Assembly (NCBI RefSeq): GCF_009914755.1
Contig: NC_060926.1
Origin: the human T2T-CHM13v2.0 reference genome, Homo sapiens
DNA: 64,000 bases
Strand: one strand, 5' to 3'
The notes beneath the pieces are model-generated. The model worked only from the letters and a program-made list of their open reading frames with translations, had not been told where the DNA came from and did no database searches. The first letter of the stretch is position 1; each line of letters opens with the position of its first letter. The position numbers were made by a program, and so were the translations under genes. Below are positions 59,585-64,000 of the stretch, in pieces.

Positions 59585-59778
59585 CATGACCCTTTGTACT
59601 TCTCACTCTCAACTGTGGCAGAAAGTTCCAGCAGAAAGGCCAGAGATATCTGGGGCACGGTGACTCTGTACTTAGACCCTCTGACTAAGGACAGAAGCAT
59701 CCCTTGCACCCCTGCCCTTTGGTTCCTTCAATCCTTGCTGCCTTGATAGCTCCCAATACCTTCAAATAGGTGTTTTGT

Positions 59779-62087
59779 TGTTATGGTTTGGGTGTGTCCC
59801 CACCCAAATCTCATCTTGAATTACCATGTGTTGTAGGAGGGACCTGGTGGGAGGTAATTGAATCATGGGGGCAAGCCTTTCCCATGTTGTTCTTATGATA
59901 GTGAATGAGTCTCATGAGATCTGATGGTTTTAAAAAGAGGAGTTCCCTCGCACAAGTTCTCTGTCTCTTTGCCTGCTGCCATCCATGTAAGATGTAACTT
60001 GCTCCTTCTTGCCTTCTGCCTTAATTAGGAGGCTTCCCCAGCCACATGGAACTGTAAGTCCAATTAAACTTCTTTCTTTTGTAAATTGCCCAGTCTCTTT
60101 ATTAGCAGTGTGAAAATGGGCTAATACAGTACATTGGTACCAGTATAGTGGGGCACTGCTGAAAAGATATCTGAAAATGTGGAAGCAACTTTGGAACTGG
60201 GTTACAGGCAGAGGTTGGAATAGTTTGGAGGGCTTAGAAGAAGACAGGAAAATGTGGGAGAGTTTGGAACTTCCTAAAAACATGTTGAATGGCTTTGACA
60301 AAAATGTTTATAGTGATATGAACACTGAAATCCAGGCTGAGGTGGTCTCAGATGGAGATGAGGAACTTTTTGGGAACTGGAGTAAAGGTGATTCTTGCTA
60401 TGTTTTAGCAAAGAGAGTGGTGGCATTTTGCCCCTGCCCTAGAGATTTGTGGAACTTTGAACTTGAGAGAGATGATTTAGGGTATCTGGTGGAAGAAATT
60501 TCTAAGCAGCAAAGCATTCAAGTGGTGACTTGGATGCTGTTAAAGGCATTCAGTTTTATAAGGGAAGAGAGCATAAAAATTTGGAAATGTTGCAGCCTGA
60601 CAATGTGATAGAAAAGAAAATCCCATTTTCTGAGGGGAAATTCAAGCCAGCTGCAGGAATTTGCATACGTAATGAGGAGCTGATTGTTAATACCCAAGAC
60701 AATGGAGAAAATGTCTCCAGGGCATGTCAAAGCTCTTCACAGTAGCCCCTCCCATCACAGGCCTGGAGGCCTAGGAGGAAAAAGTTGTTTCATCAGTCAG
60801 GCCCAGGGTCTTTCTGCTGTGTGCAGCCTAGGGACTTGGTGCTCTTTGTCCCAGCTGCTCCAGCCATAGTTGAAAGAGGCCAACGTAGAGCTGAGGCTGT
60901 GGCTTCAGAGGGTGCAAACCTCAAGCCTTGGCAGCTTCTCTCTGGTGTTGAGCCTTCCAGTGCACTGAAGTCAAGAATTGGGGTTTGGGAACCTCTGCCT
61001 AGATTTCAGAAGACAGATGGAAATGCCTGGAAGTCCAGGCAGAAGTTTGCTGCAGCGATGGGACTCTCATGGAGAACCTCTGCTAGGTCAGTGCAGAAGG
61101 GAAATGTGGGGTTGGAGCCTCCACACAGAGTCCCTCCTGGAGCACCAACTAGTGAAGCTGTGAGAAGAGGGCCATCATCTTCCAGACCCCAGAATGGTAG
61201 ATCCTTTGACAGCTTGCACCGTGTGCCTGGAAAAGCTGCAGACACTCAATACCAGTCTGTGAAAACACCCAGGAGGGAGGCTGTACCCTGCAAAGCAAAG
61301 CCACAGGGGTGGAGCTGTCCAAGACCATGGGAACCCACCTCTTGCATCAGCATGACCTGGATGTGAGACATGGAGTCAAAGGAGATCACTTTGGAACTTT
61401 AAGATTTGACTGCCCTGCTGGATTTTAGACTTGCATGGGGCCTGTAGCCCCTTTGTTTTGGCCAATTACTCCCATTTGGAATGGCTGTTTTTATCCAATG
61501 CCTGTATTTATCCAATGCCTGTACCCCCATTGTATCTAGGAAGTAACTAACCTGCTTTTGATTTTACAGGCTCATAAGTGGAAGGGGCTTGCCTTGTCTC
61601 AGATGAGACTTTGGACTGTGGACTTTTGGGTTAATGCTGAAATGAGTTAAGACTTTGCGGGACTGTTGGGAAGGCACGATTGCTTTTGAAACGTGAGGAC
61701 ATGAGATTTGGAGGGTGCCAGGGGCAGAATGATATGGTTTGCTGCATCCCCATCCAAATCTTATCTTGAATTTCCACATGTTGTGGGAGGGACCCAGTGG
61801 GAGATAATTGAATCATGGGGGCAAGTCTTTCTCATGCTGTTCTCATGATAGTGAATAAGTCTCACAAGACTTGATGGTTTTAAAAAGAGGAGTTCCCTTG
61901 CACAAGCTCTCTCTCTCTTTGCCTGCTGCCGTCCATGTAAGACGTGGCTTGCTCCTCCTTGTCTTTTGCCGTGATTGTGAGGCCTTCTCAGTCACATGGA
62001 ACTGTAAGTCCAATTAAACCTCTTTCTTTTGTAAATTGCCCAGTCTCAGGTATGTCTTTATCAGCAGAGTGAAAACAAACTAATACA
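59779..62087 (+). mobile_element. Full-length THE1A-like MaLR provirus (5'LTR 59779-60128, internal 60129-61729, 3'LTR 61730-62087)
   Basis: Two TG...CA LTRs with a perfect 5-bp TSD tttgt (59774-59778 and 62088-62092). Purine tract before the 3'LTR. THE1-int peptide 'MWKQLWNWVTGRGWNSLEG'. Confidence 0.96.
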
Positions 62088-62929
62088 TTTGTTTTCAAAA
62101 AAAATCCCAGCTTTTGTAGTTGTTCTTAATAGGAAAACCAGTCTGTTAAAATTAGGTCCCAGTACTAAACGTGGGAACAATTTAAGTTTCAAAATCACCT
62201 TGTGATTGTAAATGGCTGCAAGTCTTCCAGCCAGTTTATGTCGAAGGCCTAAAGCAAGAGGAGGCATCAGATAATGGCCTTCTTTCCCTTTAAGGAGTCT
62301 TCAAAGAAGTACTACACAATAAGCTGCTTACATCTCATTGGCCAAAATTTAATCATGGGGCCACACTGAGAAGAAGCAGAAGCCAAGAAATGTGGTCTTT
62401 TCACTTAGTACACAGCAGTCCAGTTAAAACCAGGCTGTGCTGCCAAGGGAAAACAGGAGAATGTATACTGGGGGTAAGCAACTAACACTCACCACCAAAA
62501 GCAATGCTCTGAAAATAGTCTTTGTGGGAAATTTTGTAACTTGGGTTAGAAATAACTTAAGAGCTATAAGTATAAGGTTTTTTTGAGAGTGTGAGAGCAG
62601 GTTACAATATAAAAATTTACTACATTTATTAAAAAATGATATAAATAATGTCTGATTAGTATAACACATACAAATGCATATCAGGGCAGAAGAAGAAAAG
62701 ATGGCTTTTGGTATATGTGATTACAAATTTAAATGCCTATAACCATCAGGCTGATTATTAAAATGAGTGGAATGGGTGCAGGGTAGAAAATGCTGCGTTA
62801 TTTGTGCTAGTGACTGGGCAGAGCTGAGTGGGGACCATTTTCCCTCAATGAGCAGGTGCTCCCCACTTTGCCACAATCTCTAAGGTCTCAGACCATTGAA
62901 GCTGGGTCTTGATTTGACAATGGATGCAA

Positions 62930-63190
62930 CTAATCGTGGCAGAACGAAGCCTGGACATTGAGCTGGTTTCTCAAAAAGCTATCTTTAGAGTGCTAGGAAT
63001 AGTGTCTAGATGCTGGCCTGCCACCTGCTTTCTAACATTGGGCATGCTGTTTAACCTCTTTGAGCCTCATTTTCTCTACCAGAAAGGCAGAAATAATCAT
63101 CATAGTAAAAACCTCACAGGATTGTGGTGAAGCTGAAATTAGAGGACAACACTCTTCCCAGCAGGCACCTGCAGCAGGTCAACAGGAGAT
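62930..63190 (+). mobile_element. MIR
   Basis: 'ttgggcatgctgtttaacctctttgagcctcattttctc...acctcacaggattgtggtgaag'. Confidence 0.7.
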
Positions 63191-63588
63191 TTGTCCTTCC
63201 TGTGCTTGATTTCATGGATGGGACAACATGGCAGGGAGAGCCCAAACACCTCCTTTTGAGGGCACTTATTGTTCGGACAAGTGACTGTCACCTGTCAGGT
63301 GGTGCCAATCATATGCAGGCTTAGGGATGGCAAACCTGGTGGTCTGGGCCCTGATAAGTCCTCTTTGTTTTACCCTCCTGCTTATGACTCCTCTTGGCTG
63401 GTTCCCAAATCTTCAGTATTAGATTGGATAATCCCACTTTTAATAATGCTCAGGATATTTGCCTCCCTCGGGGGACTGCGATCACAGCAGTGGAGGGTAT
63501 TAAAATGGAGCTGAATGCCATGCGGAGCACTTACCCTTTAAGCTGTGTGTATGTGGGCACAGCGTTTTGCCTGTGTGCACACAAGGGA

Positions 63589-63617
63589 TGTGTGTGTGTG
63601 TGTGTCTACGTGTGTGC
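63589..63617 (+). repeat. (TG)n microsatellite
   Basis: Read directly from the sequence. Confidence 0.85.
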
Positions 63618-64000
63618 ATTCTCTTGGCCTTCTGAGACTTTTGTGTAAACAAAATATCACAATGAACACCCAGTTCATTTGCAATATTAAAACAAAGCAC
63701 TGCAAAATCAGTTTAAAACTCAGGTTTCCTCAATCAATAAGGTTATTAACTTCCAAATTCTGTGTTTTTATTTCTCCTAAATGGCATTAGCTCAGCCTTA
63801 CCCTTAAGGGTACAGTAACACCTCATGAGACCTCAGAAACACTAAGTTAATACATAGTTGAATTTATTCAAAGTTATTTGAATTGTACTTAGTATTTTTA
63901 AAAGTTTGCATAAACTGAGTAGTAATCAGGGACATGATTTGCTCCCACTTATAATAATATGTTTTGAGGGCCATGTTTTTTACCCCCTTGACCTGACTGT

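Larger units (their letters stand above)
58470..62180 (-). mobile_element. Old L1M 5'/ORF1 remnant in pieces (58470-59400, 59719-59778, 62088-62180)
   Basis: T-rich antisense ORF1-like text. 'gctgccttgatagctcccaataccttcaaatagg' continues as 'cccagcttttgtagttgttctt' after the THE1. Confidence 0.6.
58265..62490 (-). mobile_element. Old MLT1-type LTR in two pieces (about 58265-58465 and 62185-62490), split by L1M
   Basis: 'aagaaatctggagatatgcag' on the left. 'aaatggctgc...cttacatctcattggccaaaa' on the right. Confidence 0.5.

Noticed and set aside
59441-59746. Functional nuclear-receptor gene or exon
   Set aside because: There is an in-frame stop just upstream, non-conservative CpG-type substitutions, no convincing acceptor site and no other receptor exons in the window.
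60177-61366. 143-aa and 193-aa ORFs
   Set aside because: They are frameshifted remnants of the THE1 internal ORF.

Overview
Primate (hominoid, most likely human) intergenic or deep-intronic DNA. I can support no host protein-coding exon, CpG-island promoter or prokaryotic-type system here. Roughly half the window is transposon-derived: a young 5'-inverted L1PA2 with 19-bp TSDs, about 10 Alus, old L1M pieces, a complete THE1A-like MaLR provirus, an LTR-less ERVL gag-pol relic, solo LTRs, DNA transposons and MIR/L2. Signals the repeats do not explain: (1) a decayed copy of one NR1D1 (Rev-erb alpha) ligand-binding-domain segment inside an old L1, with no poly(A) or TSD; (2) a 114-bp near-perfect fold-back hairpin; (3) a ~355-bp direct duplication 10 kb apart and a 65-bp local templated insertion; (4) a tailless 5'-half tRNA-Met retrocopy with TSDs; (5) two homeodomain/PBX-HOX/MEIS motif-rich unique blocks that look like developmental enhancers. 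Repeat and gene names come from my recall of consensus sequences, not from a database search. Boundaries of old elements are approximate.
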